64,000 nt of DNA from a bacterium (GTDB taxonomy: Bacteria; Bdellovibrionota_C; UBA2361; CALJRW01): NCBI GenBank assembly GCA_031385045.1, contig JANNBC010000006.1, forward strand, positions 43,431 through 107,430, read 5' to 3'. The position numbers and the translations under genes were made by a program. Below the pieces are notes generated by a model. The model saw nothing but the letters and a program-made list of their open reading frames with translations. It ran no database searches and was not told the origin of the DNA. Shown one piece after another: positions 9,691 through 19,827 of this stretch (position 1 is the first letter of the stretch; each line of letters begins with the position of its first letter).

Positions 9691-11193
9691 CTAATTCGCC
9701 TTAGCATACATAGCAAAACCACTATCAATATAAATATTTTTCCATTCAGCTTGAAAAAAAGGTAAGACATGGGCGAGGGGAACCTCTCTTGAGGCTAAGA
9801 TAAAGTCCGGATTCCATTCGGCAATTGATTTATTCCAACCTTCTCTAACACCATATATTTGATAGGATGTTCGGTAATCTGCAATGGGTACGCCTTGAGT
9901 GCGACCATCTGTTGTTACTTGAAAGTTAGTAATTCCTTTCTCAAAAAGAGACCAATAACACCAACCCCCATAGGTAAACTCGGTAAGAATTTGAAATTTT
10001 TTCCGGGGCAAATCAAGGCTTGCTAGCTGCGAGCAAGCTAATGATGGAGTGAATAAGGCGATATCATCGGCCACTTTTTCTTTACTCTGTAGTCGGTTAA
10101 GTACTCCCAGAGTCAGCGAAAGATTAAAAGATATTAGTAGGATTACTAATAGTTTTTGATTTGGTCGGTAGGAAATCGGAGGTAGTATTTTAATCCAAGA
10201 GACTAATGCTAGAATCGCAAAGATGCTCGAGAATTTTACTGACTCAAATAGCAAGTAAAGACTAATCGCTCCTGCTAAATGAATGCCAAGATCTCTAGAT
10301 AAACTTTTTTTATCAACAAAGCGAACTAAGCAAATTAGATAGGCAAAGCAGATATAGCTTGTCGGTTCCCAACCTTGAAAACCACCTAAGAACTCTGTAA
10401 TAAATTTTTTAAGGAAAGCGTCCGTTTGGAGATACTCTAAGATTAATGAATAGTTTTGAAAGTAATCATTAAAGTTTTCTCCATTTGTAAAAATACCGTA
10501 TGGAGAAATAAAACCAGCAAGTGAAATGAGGCAAAGAATTAAAAGATTTTTAAGAACTAAATCTTTAGTTTGATAGTTAGTCAGAGTTGGAATGACACGG
10601 TAACAAAAATAAAGAAAAGGAATAAAAATCCAATAGACATGAACATTAACCAAAATGATGGCTAACAAGAATAATATAAGCCCTTCTAGCTTCAGCGCTG
10701 GCTTAAGTAATAGGTAACAGGTGTAGCTGATCATTAGAAAAGAGATCAGTTGAGGGCGAACCGAGGAGACATCTTTTAATAAATAACAGCTGGCAAAAGA
10801 TGCAACAAGGGCAATCAAAATGGACTGACTTTGTTCCTTGGTAATATTAAGTGCAATCTTAAAGAGTGTTAAACAAGTTAAGCTAAAGATTGTTGAATAA
10901 AAACAGATTAGCTCTAAGTAGCCATAATTTTTATAAATCTGATACATGACTAGCTGAATTAACCAGTGATAATCATGCCAGAAGTTTTGTCTGGAATTAA
11001 TAAAATCAAAGGGAGGAACTAGCATGGAAGCGGATAGATTATTTTGTTGCCAGGCCAAGGCAATTTGCCCAGAGATCCATTTTCCACCAGCTAAATGCCA
11101 AGCCAGATCGGGATCGTAAATTGGTCTTTCCCAAAAGAAAAGGGAATATAAAAATACTGCTAGGTAGGCAAGAAATAGGGTTAATTTTGACAT
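9691..11193 (-). CDS. Polytopic membrane protein, possibly GT-C-fold glycosyltransferase-like
   Basis: Many TM segments; DPDLAWHLAGG in first extracytoplasmic loop, RPQ, NVH, PYG, YGGW, DGR motifs. Confidence 0.55.
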   Translation of the reverse strand: MSKLTLFLAYLAVFLYSLFFWERPIYDPDLAWHLAGGKWISGQIALAWQQNNLSASMLVPPFDFINSRQNFWHDYHWLIQLVMYQIYKNYGYLELICFYSTIFSLTCLTLFKIALNITKEQSQSILIALVASFASCYLLKDVSSVRPQLISFLMISYTCYLLLKPALKLEGLILFLLAIILVNVHVYWIFIPFLYFCYRVIPTLTNYQTKDLVLKNLLILCLISLAGFISPYGIFTNGENFNDYFQNYSLILEYLQTDAFLKKFITEFLGGFQGWEPTSYICFAYLICLVRFVDKKSLSRDLGIHLAGAISLYLLFESVKFSSIFAILALVSWIKILPPISYRPNQKLLVILLISFNLSLTLGVLNRLQSKEKVADDIALFTPSLACSQLASLDLPRKKFQILTEFTYGGWCYWSLFEKGITNFQVTTDGRTQGVPIADYRTSYQIYGVREGWNKSIAEWNPDFILASREVPLAHVLPFFQAEWKNIYIDSGFAMYAKAN

Positions 11194-11400
11194 CGAAATT
11201 TGGAGCTACAGACTGTGTAAATATAGCGGTATTACTAAAGGTCGCCAATAGGTTTATTAAGAGGTACTCAAAAACTTTCCAACTGAGAAGAAGTAAGATA
11301 AATCTTACAAAAAGTACTCCTGACTTGATATTTTCCCAAGGTAATCTATACTTCTTACACTTAGAATCAGCATTTTTACTGATATTTTTATTCTCCACTT

Positions 11401-14400
11401 ATGCCAGGAATTAGTTATAAAATCACCCATAAAAGTCCAAAGATAGTCTCTTACTTTGAAGTAGGTTTTTCTAAAGAAGCTAATTTAACCAAAGAAGTTA
11501 ATCGTTTTCTACAGCTTAGCTTAAGTACAATTTGGAAGAGTCGTACCTACTGCTTTGTGCACGAGGCAGATGTTAATCTAGCGAATTTAGAAAATGGCAA
11601 ACCTTTTCTTGATCCAGCACTAAGCTCTTGTAGTTTTAATTCTAGCTTGGCACTGAAAATTTCTAAGGATTTACCTTTTGATTACATTATTCAAGCTGGT
11701 CTAAAACCGGGAACAAGTGATGCTGAAGGAATGACCGCATTAGAGCAAGCATTTTCTGCTAGCGGTTCAAAGTTAATTGGAAATGAACAGGGATTTTTAA
11801 TTACCAGTTATTACATTGATGGACAATTAGATGAGCAACAAAGAATCGGTCTAAGTAAGTTCTTATTTAATCCTGAGCTATTTGAGAGCCAAATTATTAC
11901 CAAAGCACAGTTTCATCAGGGACAATCGGTCATTTTACCCATCGTAGAATTAGAAAATTTGATGGAAGTTCAAGAGCTCCCAATTGCTGATTTTTCTGAT
12001 CAGCAGTTACTAGAGCTTAATTCTAAACGTAAATTAGCCGCAACAATTGAAGAGCTAAAGTACTTTCAGTCTGTCTATCAAAATCCAGAATTTGTCCAAC
12101 TACGAGAATCATTAGGCTTAAGTTCTAAAGCAACGGACGTAGAACTAGAGACTTGGTTTGGTTTAAGATCAGAGCATTGTTTTCATAAAGAGTTTAATGC
12201 TCGCATAATTCTAGATGTTGAGGTTGATTCTGTTTTTCAAAAGGCAATTGATCAAGGGTGGTTAAAACAAGTTGCTGGACAATTGGTTTTAGAGCGGGGA
12301 ATGTTCAAGACTTTTATTAAAGATCCAGCATATGCAGTAAATGATCGCTTAACTGCTCGGGGCTGTAACTGGATTGCTAGTATGTTTTCCGATAATTCTG
12401 GGGTGGTCTATTACGATCAGGATTTCATGTATTGTCTAAAGGTTGAGACACATAACTCACCATCCAATATTGAACCTGTGCAGGGTGCCAAGACAGGCTT
12501 GAATGGAAATTTTCGCGATATTATGGGTACGATGCAGGGTACTTTTGATATTTTAATGGGATTCTTTTGTTACTGTACTGGAAATCCTAATTACCAAGGA
12601 TGGCTTCCAAAAGGAGTTAAGCATCCATATTTAATTCTAAAAGGAATTACTCGCGGAATTCGTGAAGCCGGTAATGAAATGCAAATTCCAACACTTAATG
12701 GTTTAGTCTTTAGTGACCCTAGATATATTGCTAAATGTTTAGTCTATGCTGGAGCTGTCGGTTGGTCACCAGTTAAGTCAGTTACTGGATATGATTACCG
12801 AACAAAAGAGCCTAGTCCGGGCGATCAAGTTTTAATTGCTGGACAGGCTGTAGGAATTGATGGAATTCATGGTGCAACAGAAAGTTCTTTATCCGCCAGT
12901 AGTGAAATTAGTTTAGGGCATGTTCAAGCTGACTTTTCTTTTATTCAGGTCAAGGTTAAAGAATTTATTTTGGATGCTTCACGCCAAGGACTCTTTACTG
13001 CCGTAACAGATTTAGGAGCAATGGGACTAGGCTCTGCTAGTCATGAAATTGCTCGAAGCACTAATGGTTTAGTGATGGATTTGGCGAAGCATCCCGTGAA
13101 GTATCAAGGTATTCAGCCTTGGCAAATTAATTGCTCGGAAACTCAGGATCGGATGTTACTAGTTAGTCATCCTAAAAATCTAGTTAAGATTCAAGAGCTA
13201 GCCAAATTTTATGAAATTGAATTATCTAATGTTGGTCATTTAGAGAACAATAATTTAATTCAACTTAAATATCAGGATAAGTTAGTTGGTTTGTTTCAAA
13301 TCAATTATCTATTCTCATCTGAACCACGAAAAGTCCTTCAAGGTAAATGGCAAAAGCTAATTCCTGCTAACAATAAAACAGTTAATGAAGTTACGGATTT
13401 AAATAAAGACTTAGCTGAAGTTTTGAAGCATCCAGACGTGGCTTCGAAGGAATGGTTTTTCCGTCAGAAAGACTTTTCTGTAAAAGGTGGAACAATCATT
13501 GCCCCACTATTTGGTAAAAAGTTAAATATTGATTCCGACGCAACATTACAAAAACCATTAGATACAATTGATCGCGACTTAGGGGCCTTGGCATTTGCCA
13601 TGGCTTGTAGTCCAAAGTTAGCGGACTTAGATCCATATTATTCTGTTCAAAAATCTTATTATGATTTACTTGGAAAAATTTTAGCAATTGGGGGAGTCCT
13701 TCCAGATTTAACTAGTCCTAGCTGGGACGCTTGGGCCGTTTGTGGAAACTACTGTCAGCCAAACTCCGATGCGGAATACACCATGGATCGTGATAGTGGA
13801 CTTAAAAATTGTGCGGATTTAGTTCGTGAGGGAATTGCAGTTGCTGAACTCGTCCAAGAATTTAATATCCCAATTATTTCTGGTAAGGATAGCATGAAAT
13901 GCTCCTGTACTTACGAAGTTGATGCCAGTTTTGATCTTAATCAAGTCCCTTATAATTTAAGAAATCAAATCAAAATCAAAACTCTGGCTAATGGACAGAG
14001 AAAGATTGAGATTCATGACCCTGCAACTTATTTAATCTCTGGAGCAGTTAAGATTAATGACTATCGTAAATGCCAAAATCCAAGTTTTAAATTTGCGGGA
14101 GACTTAGTTTATCTGTTGCAAGTTGCGCCAGCAGAAGGCCTGGCGGGAAGTGCCTGGGAAGAAGTATTAAATGATCGTGTGCAAGTTAGTTCTATTGGAA
14201 CTTACGCACCAATTATGACTGAGGATTTCAAAGCACTAGCTGGAAAATTAGCAGAATGCTTTACTCAGGAACTGCTAGCTTCCTGTGCCTATGTTCATGC
14301 TGGTGGACTACTAACTAGCATTTACAAGTCAGTTGCTGCATCCGAGCTAGGGATTAATTTGAAGTTAAATTCTAAGGGCAGAAAACTTAGTGAAGAGTTA

Positions 14401-14610
14401 TTCTCGGAACGACCTGGTAGATTTGTAGTTAGCATTAATCCCGAAAACCAAGCGACATTTGAAAAAATATTTTCCAAGGAAGAATTAATCCCAATTGGTG
14501 AGGTGACCTCCTCAGAATTCCTTGTGAATTCAGAACAAGGAAGTTGGCAGTTAGATTTAACAAGCCTAGATAATTCTTATCACCAAACTTATAATTTTGG
14601 AGCGAAATAG
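11401..14610 (+). CDS. purL: Phosphoribosylformylglycinamidine synthase, synthetase subunit with fused N-terminal (PurS-like) region
   Basis: SEHCFHKEFN, KVETHNSPS, GIDGIHGA, SETQDRM, ISGKDSM, LFSE; followed by the glutaminase gene. Confidence 0.9.
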   Translation: MPGISYKITHKSPKIVSYFEVGFSKEANLTKEVNRFLQLSLSTIWKSRTYCFVHEADVNLANLENGKPFLDPALSSCSFNSSLALKISKDLPFDYIIQAGLKPGTSDAEGMTALEQAFSASGSKLIGNEQGFLITSYYIDGQLDEQQRIGLSKFLFNPELFESQIITKAQFHQGQSVILPIVELENLMEVQELPIADFSDQQLLELNSKRKLAATIEELKYFQSVYQNPEFVQLRESLGLSSKATDVELETWFGLRSEHCFHKEFNARIILDVEVDSVFQKAIDQGWLKQVAGQLVLERGMFKTFIKDPAYAVNDRLTARGCNWIASMFSDNSGVVYYDQDFMYCLKVETHNSPSNIEPVQGAKTGLNGNFRDIMGTMQGTFDILMGFFCYCTGNPNYQGWLPKGVKHPYLILKGITRGIREAGNEMQIPTLNGLVFSDPRYIAKCLVYAGAVGWSPVKSVTGYDYRTKEPSPGDQVLIAGQAVGIDGIHGATESSLSASSEISLGHVQADFSFIQVKVKEFILDASRQGLFTAVTDLGAMGLGSASHEIARSTNGLVMDLAKHPVKYQGIQPWQINCSETQDRMLLVSHPKNLVKIQELAKFYEIELSNVGHLENNNLIQLKYQDKLVGLFQINYLFSSEPRKVLQGKWQKLIPANNKTVNEVTDLNKDLAEVLKHPDVASKEWFFRQKDFSVKGGTIIAPLFGKKLNIDSDATLQKPLDTIDRDLGALAFAMACSPKLADLDPYYSVQKSYYDLLGKILAIGGVLPDLTSPSWDAWAVCGNYCQPNSDAEYTMDRDSGLKNCADLVREGIAVAELVQEFNIPIISGKDSMKCSCTYEVDASFDLNQVPYNLRNQIKIKTLANGQRKIEIHDPATYLISGAVKINDYRKCQNPSFKFAGDLVYLLQVAPAEGLAGSAWEEVLNDRVQVSSIGTYAPIMTEDFKALAGKLAECFTQELLASCAYVHAGGLLTSIYKSVAASELGINLKLNSKGRKLSEELFSERPGRFVVSINPENQATFEKIFSKEELIPIGEVTSSEFLVNSEQGSWQLDLTSLDNSYHQTYNFGAK

Positions 14611-15453
14611 ATGTTAGCTAAAAATATAAAAGTTTTAATTATTCACGGCTTGGGAATCGGGTGTCATGAGGAGAGTAAGCAAGCCTACCTGCAATCTGGT
14701 GTGCAAGTCGACTTGATTCACTTCAATCAATTACTAGAAAGCAAAGAGAAGCTTGCTAACTATCAGATTATTAACATTGCTGGTGGTTTTATGCATGGAG
14801 ATCTTTTAGGTTCGGCAATGTGTGCTGTTAATCAATTAAATATTCATGGCCTGACTGATTCTTTTTGGGATTTTTCAGAAAAAGGTGGAGTGATTTATGG
14901 CCAATGTAATGGATTCCAGTTGCTAGTTAAATCAGGATTATTGCCCGCGGCAGACGGTAATTATTCTCAGCAATTAGTAACTTTAGCACATAATGATTGT
15001 GGAAGTTACCGCGTTGCCTATGTTCCACATCGCCTAAAGAATAAACATTTTGCTTTTGCTGGCCTTGAAGATCAGGTCTTTCATTTATGGTGTCGACATG
15101 GGGAAGGGAAGCTTCAGTTTAATGATCAGTTTAGTACCTTAGGCCAAGCTAAAACGCAGACCGTTGACCAGATTATGGCAGAACATGTTTTATTAGAATA
15201 TGCCAATCCAGAAACTGGTAAGAGTACTGAAGAATTTCCGCATAATCCAAATGGCTCTTACTTAGGAATCGCTGGACTAAAAAGTAGCAACGGAAGAATT
15301 TTTGGCCAAATGGCACATCCGGAAGTTTCGGTCTTTGATTTCACAGATCCACAAGTCTTTGAAAAGAAAGAGGCACTAAAGCGAGGCGTTAAAACACAAG
15401 AGAAGCTAGTTGGAAAAACTATTATCAATAATTTAGTAAATTATTTTGCCTAG
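14611..15453 (+). CDS. purQ: FGAM synthase glutaminase subunit
   Basis: GGFMHGD, CNGFQ nucleophile, HGEG, NPNGS, MAHPE. Confidence 0.92.
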   Translation: MLAKNIKVLIIHGLGIGCHEESKQAYLQSGVQVDLIHFNQLLESKEKLANYQIINIAGGFMHGDLLGSAMCAVNQLNIHGLTDSFWDFSEKGGVIYGQCNGFQLLVKSGLLPAADGNYSQQLVTLAHNDCGSYRVAYVPHRLKNKHFAFAGLEDQVFHLWCRHGEGKLQFNDQFSTLGQAKTQTVDQIMAEHVLLEYANPETGKSTEEFPHNPNGSYLGIAGLKSSNGRIFGQMAHPEVSVFDFTDPQVFEKKEALKRGVKTQEKLVGKTIINNLVNYFA

Positions 15454-15467
15454 AAAGATATTGGTCG

Positions 15468-16049
15468 TTAGTAGATTATACCTTGGTATTTTCGCATTAT
15501 TTCTGATGCTTGCTCCCGCATCAGATCTTTGACTACAATAATGTTTCTTTTTTCGTATTCCTCGATCCAATTAGGGTGAATGGGACCTTCATCAAATCCT
15601 AGTATTTCCTCCGTGTCTGCGGCAGAACTAGCGACCAGTAACTTGCCAATTCCAGCCCAAACTCCGGCTCCACAACATTGAGCGCAAGGTTGGCTAGAAC
15701 TAGCAAGAGTACAACAGCCAACGCTACTTAGGGAGTAATTATTGATATTTTTTTGAGCCAGTTGCAAAGCTAACATTTCCGCATGAGCAGTTGAATTATT
15801 TTCTGGTACAACTAGATTAACACCAACTGATAAAATCCAGCCATCTGCGTCAAAAACAATTGCAGCAAAGGGCCCACCTGTCTTAGAAGTGATTTGTGAT
15901 TCTAAAAGCTCCAAAGTAAGAGTCATTTGTTCCTTTTCATCTAAATAATTTTTAGAGATTTTATCGGCAAGAAAAATACTAGTCCATGCAGGCAATTGCA
16001 ATTCTAGTTTTGTAATTAGTGGATAGGGATTAACTTGTTTCTTATTCAT
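15468..16049 (-). CDS. Zinc-dependent nucleoside/nucleotide deaminase
   Basis: GGPFAA, HAE, PCAQC, GFDEG. Confidence 0.85.
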   Translation of the reverse strand: MNKKQVNPYPLITKLELQLPAWTSIFLADKISKNYLDEKEQMTLTLELLESQITSKTGGPFAAIVFDADGWILSVGVNLVVPENNSTAHAEMLALQLAQKNINNYSLSSVGCCTLASSSQPCAQCCGAGVWAGIGKLLVASSAADTEEILGFDEGPIHPNWIEEYEKRNIIVVKDLMREQASEIMRKYQGIIY

Positions 16050-16632
16050 AGTTGATTATTTTTTTAGGTGTGAAGTATTTATAGACAAGTATTGCCACAA
16101 AATCATAAAGAGCATGAATGGCAACACAAACCAAAACTGAATTAGTCACTAAATAAACCAATGAAAAATAAACTCCAACTAGTGTATAGATTAGAATTAA
16201 CTCTCTTGAATTTTTAAAATGTCCAATAAAATGAATACTGGCAAAGGCAAAACTACTTGCTAGTACTCCAATGATTAGACCACAGTTATCACTAAGGATG
16301 TTTAAAAGTAAATCTCTAAAAAACAGTTCTTCCCCAATACCAGCCATTACAGAGATAGCTAGAGCTAAAGGTATATTTAAAACCTGGCATAGCGGATAAA
16401 CTTTAGTTGTCACAAAATCCTTTCTGTTTTGATTAGGAAAGAAAATAAAAAGTAGGTAATTTAATAAAAGTAGCGGAATTACTAGGAATAATACTATGCA
16501 AAGAAATACGTCAAGGGAATATGGCTTACTAGCTGGAGTTATAAAATCAAAAAAATAAGCCAAAAACCATAGTAAGGATAAGACTCCCTCCGTTAAAAAA
16601 CCGACTAAAAGAATTAAAGATTTGGCTGACAA
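16042..16632 (-). CDS. CPBP (CAAX/Abi) family intramembrane protease
   Basis: EELFFR, FASIH, HALYD with multiple TMs. Confidence 0.88.
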   Translation of the reverse strand: MSAKSLILLVGFLTEGVLSLLWFLAYFFDFITPASKPYSLDVFLCIVLFLVIPLLLLNYLLFIFFPNQNRKDFVTTKVYPLCQVLNIPLALAISVMAGIGEELFFRDLLLNILSDNCGLIIGVLASSFAFASIHFIGHFKNSRELILIYTLVGVYFSLVYLVTNSVLVCVAIHALYDFVAILVYKYFTPKKIINYE

Positions 16633-16636
16633 GGTT

Positions 16637-17224
16637 TTATATTCTAAGTTGATTTAATAAGTCCCTAATGGAGGCATCAATACTCTTATCAAGGATCCTC
16701 TGTAATTGAGCCTGAAATGGCATTGTTTTATATTCCGAATAAGCACTACTCATTGTATATGTAATTGGAATATTAACCCGCAGTGAATCAAATTCGCCAC
16801 GTAACTTTACTTTAGAGACTACTTTTCTAGTCATTAGTAAGTCATAAGCAGTCAGTTGAATATTGCTTAAATCTACCTTGATTTGATCAATTTTTAGGTT
16901 ATTAGGTTTTCGTTCTAGGTCAATCCTTGGGCGATATCCCCTAAGAGTTAGTTCAGTATAGAGTTTTTGAAGCAAGGATTGCTCTAAAAGTTCGTGTCGA
17001 ATGTTACCCATGGGAAACAAGATTCCTAAATATTGATGCCCAAGCGAATCTAAATTAAAGGAATTCGTAACTTTTAAGATTATTTCACGATTATTGCTAT
17101 TAGCTAGCGCAATAACTTCCGGTTTAACTCCAGAGGGGTAAAGATTGCTGGTTGTGCAGGAACACAAAAAAATAGCCAGAGAAAGGCAAAATTTGGATAT
17201 TATTTGAAGATATTTATTAGCCAT
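16637..17224 (-). CDS. Hypothetical lipoprotein
   Basis: Basic N-terminus, hydrophobic stretch and lipobox-like LCSC. Confidence 0.6.
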   Translation of the reverse strand: MANKYLQIISKFCLSLAIFLCSCTTSNLYPSGVKPEVIALANSNNREIILKVTNSFNLDSLGHQYLGILFPMGNIRHELLEQSLLQKLYTELTLRGYRPRIDLERKPNNLKIDQIKVDLSNIQLTAYDLLMTRKVVSKVKLRGEFDSLRVNIPITYTMSSAYSEYKTMPFQAQLQRILDKSIDASIRDLLNQLRI

Positions 17225-17410
17225 TAGGGTTCCTGTGTTATATTTGGCTATGTTCAGGCCAAATATTTATTTAAATATAAAAACTTACAAGTTGCCACTA
17301 AGGCAACATAACATTACTATAGTGTAGTGAACATTGTATTTTCGGTAATTTTCAATGTCACTGAGGATATTTTTAAACGCTGGATTCTTTTCCAACTAAT
17401 GTAGTTAATC

Positions 17411-18892
17411 ATGAGCGAACAAATCGATATTGGCTTAAATAAGCTTTTAAAGGGTGCTTTGCCAGATTATGGGTTTGAAAGTTCGTCTAATGTTGGAAAT
17501 GTATCAAGAGAGGATCCTCTCCCTAATCCAAAGTCCCACCTAACTTTTGTATTGGGGGAAGAAGTTAGTACTACTTCTTTTGTTCTAACTTCTCTGCCAA
17601 GTGATCTTAATCAAGCTAGTGAGGATAATAACAGTCCACTGATTACTTCTGATTCAATAACTATTAATCCTTTAGCCTTAGCCTACCGAGAATCACAGTG
17701 GTTAAAGCTTTCCTCCCTTGCGGAAGAAGAGTTAAATTCTAATCCTCAAAATTTTCAAGCAAAATGTTATTGGTCATTTTCGGCAATTAAATTAAAAAGC
17801 TTGCGAGCTGATTTGATTGGCTTTGGAATTATCAGTATTTGGCAAGATGAATTAGAGAATTTAGCAGAAGATGAAAAGATTGAATTAAAGAAGATACTTA
17901 TTCCAACAACTGAATTAGTCAGCACGGAATGTGTGGAAATTGATGCTGAATTAGGCAAAAAACTGGCCAACTTTTTACCAATTAAAGAAGTTATCCTTCC
18001 TGCAGAAGTTACAAAATTATCCGAAGATTTTATTATTAAAAATGAAGTTAAGGAAGTTGTCCCTGATAATCAACTTGATCAGTTTCAAAAATATCTAAAT
18101 TCTTTAAATGTTCCTGTTGATTCCCAAGTAACTGATTTAGCGGATCTTAATTCTGAAGATACTGAGACTTTTCAAAGTTATAAAAATTCGAACTATACTA
18201 ATGCTAAAAAGTATTCTTCATCGACTATTGTATTATTACTAATTTTCTTACTCCTTTTAAGTAGTAGCATTTATTTCTACGCTTTTCAGCAGAAAGAAAC
18301 ACCGATTAGTCTAGTCACCGAGCCAAGTTTTGTTTTGGAATCAACGAATGTATTGAAGCCAAAGCCTAAAATGGTGATTAAGACTGATGCCGAGGTTAAG
18401 CCCGATCCCAATAGCCCACTAGCAAAGATTATTGATCAATTAGAAAATCCAGATCCTGCCTTACCGGCCGCTGCCAAGCAAGATTTAGATCAGCTAGTAG
18501 AACCTCAAAATGTTAATCTTGCTGGGCCAGTAGAAACTCAAGAATTAAAGGATTTACTTGACGGGCATACACCAGAAGATACCCCAGTAGCAGAGGAAGC
18601 TGCTGGACCAGGAAATCAAGGCAATAATGTGATGGATGAGTATCTGCGTACCACTCCTATTGTTGATGAGCGCGTCGGCCAAGCTAGGCCAAAACCAGTT
18701 CCTTTTCAACATTATCAAGTTAGGGTTATGCAAGACACAAGTCTTTACAATCATCCCAGTACTTTTGAGGCTGAGTTAATGAATCTTTATTATGGAGACC
18801 GTCTATTGGTATTGGAAGACCTTGGTGATTGGTTAAAAGTAGATGTCTTTGGTAGAGTAATTGGGTATGTCGAAAAAAATAAAGTTCGTTGA
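17411..18892 (+). CDS. Bitopic membrane protein with probable C-terminal SH3b-like domain
   Basis: Acidic N-terminal region, one TM (IVLLLIFLLLLSSSIYFY), Pro/acidic linker, end segment LYNHPS..LYYGDRLLVLEDLGDWLKV..IGYV typical of bacterial SH3. Confidence 0.65.
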   Translation: MSEQIDIGLNKLLKGALPDYGFESSSNVGNVSREDPLPNPKSHLTFVLGEEVSTTSFVLTSLPSDLNQASEDNNSPLITSDSITINPLALAYRESQWLKLSSLAEEELNSNPQNFQAKCYWSFSAIKLKSLRADLIGFGIISIWQDELENLAEDEKIELKKILIPTTELVSTECVEIDAELGKKLANFLPIKEVILPAEVTKLSEDFIIKNEVKEVVPDNQLDQFQKYLNSLNVPVDSQVTDLADLNSEDTETFQSYKNSNYTNAKKYSSSTIVLLLIFLLLLSSSIYFYAFQQKETPISLVTEPSFVLESTNVLKPKPKMVIKTDAEVKPDPNSPLAKIIDQLENPDPALPAAAKQDLDQLVEPQNVNLAGPVETQELKDLLDGHTPEDTPVAEEAAGPGNQGNNVMDEYLRTTPIVDERVGQARPKPVPFQHYQVRVMQDTSLYNHPSTFEAELMNLYYGDRLLVLEDLGDWLKVDVFGRVIGYVEKNKVR

Positions 18893-19592
18893 TTTAACCT
18901 ATAATAATAACTTCTATTATTACCCTAAGTGGATGGAAAGTGGGGTTAAACATTGTTTTTTTAATGAACAATATAACTTCAATCTGGCAAATCGAAAAAA
19001 CACCCAGCAGGTCTTTGTTAAAGAGCAGGGCGTTTCTGACTTAATTCTTCTTAATCAACAGCATACGGATAATTTCCTGGAATTTAATCAGGAAGATTTA
19101 GGTTCCTTGCCTAGTAGTACTTGGGCAGAACCAGCCGATGCAATCATTGTTAAAAATATTACTAAGTTTTCTAACATTGCCTTAGGTGTCATGACAGCAG
19201 ATTGTCTGCCAATCTTAATTTACAGTTCAAAAGTTGTCGCTGTTATTCACAGTGGCTGGCAGGGCTTACAAAATAGAATTACTAATAAAGTACTTACGCG
19301 CCTAAAAGAACTTGGTGTAAGTAACTGTCAGTTATTAATAGGACCTCATGCCGGTAAGGATTTATATGAATTTAAGCAAAATGAGTTGCAACTAATTGGT
19401 GCAGAGGCAATTACTTTAGAAAAAAACGGCCAGTTTTATCTTAATATGGCGGAAACACTAGCCAAACAAGTTACCCAGTTTCCTGCGGAAATAATTTCCT
19501 GCAAAATTTGTACTATTAATACTTTAGATTTCTCATCATATCGTCGACAGTCAAATGAGTCGGGTAGAAACTTAAGTTTAATGTTAATTTAG
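18861..19592 (+). CDS. pgeF: PgeF/YfiH (laccase-domain, purine nucleoside phosphorylase-like) family protein; true start may be downstream
   Basis: QQH, TADCLP, HSGWQG, IGP, CT, SYRR. Confidence 0.88.
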   Translation: MGMSKKIKFVDLTYNNNFYYYPKWMESGVKHCFFNEQYNFNLANRKNTQQVFVKEQGVSDLILLNQQHTDNFLEFNQEDLGSLPSSTWAEPADAIIVKNITKFSNIALGVMTADCLPILIYSSKVVAVIHSGWQGLQNRITNKVLTRLKELGVSNCQLLIGPHAGKDLYEFKQNELQLIGAEAITLEKNGQFYLNMAETLAKQVTQFPAEIISCKICTINTLDFSSYRRQSNESGRNLSLMLI

Positions 19593-19827
19593 CTATTAAA
19601 AACCTAATGGGTTTTAGTATTTTAAAAGTTAGGGCTAGAATAGGTATTTTAGTTATTCTGATTTAACTTGAATTATCATTACCAAATCACTTAAGCTAAA
19701 CGCTAGACGTTAAAAACAACTATTGATTCTGTTACTTATTCATTCTTTTGTAGTCATAAAATAAGCATTTTATTGTTTGTCTACAGATCTATATTTAAGC
19801 AGAACTATTTAAACGGAGAATTGATTA

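Noticed and set aside
11039..11414. Two overlapping ORFs (119 aa minus, 97 aa plus)
   Set aside because: They span a divergent promoter and overlap a real gene; no motifs.
14608..14610. Stop-codon reassignment (TAG or TAA read as sense) genome-wide
   Set aside because: Conserved genes end at their expected C-termini with TAA, TAG and TGA, and in-frame neighbours are expected about one time in three by chance.
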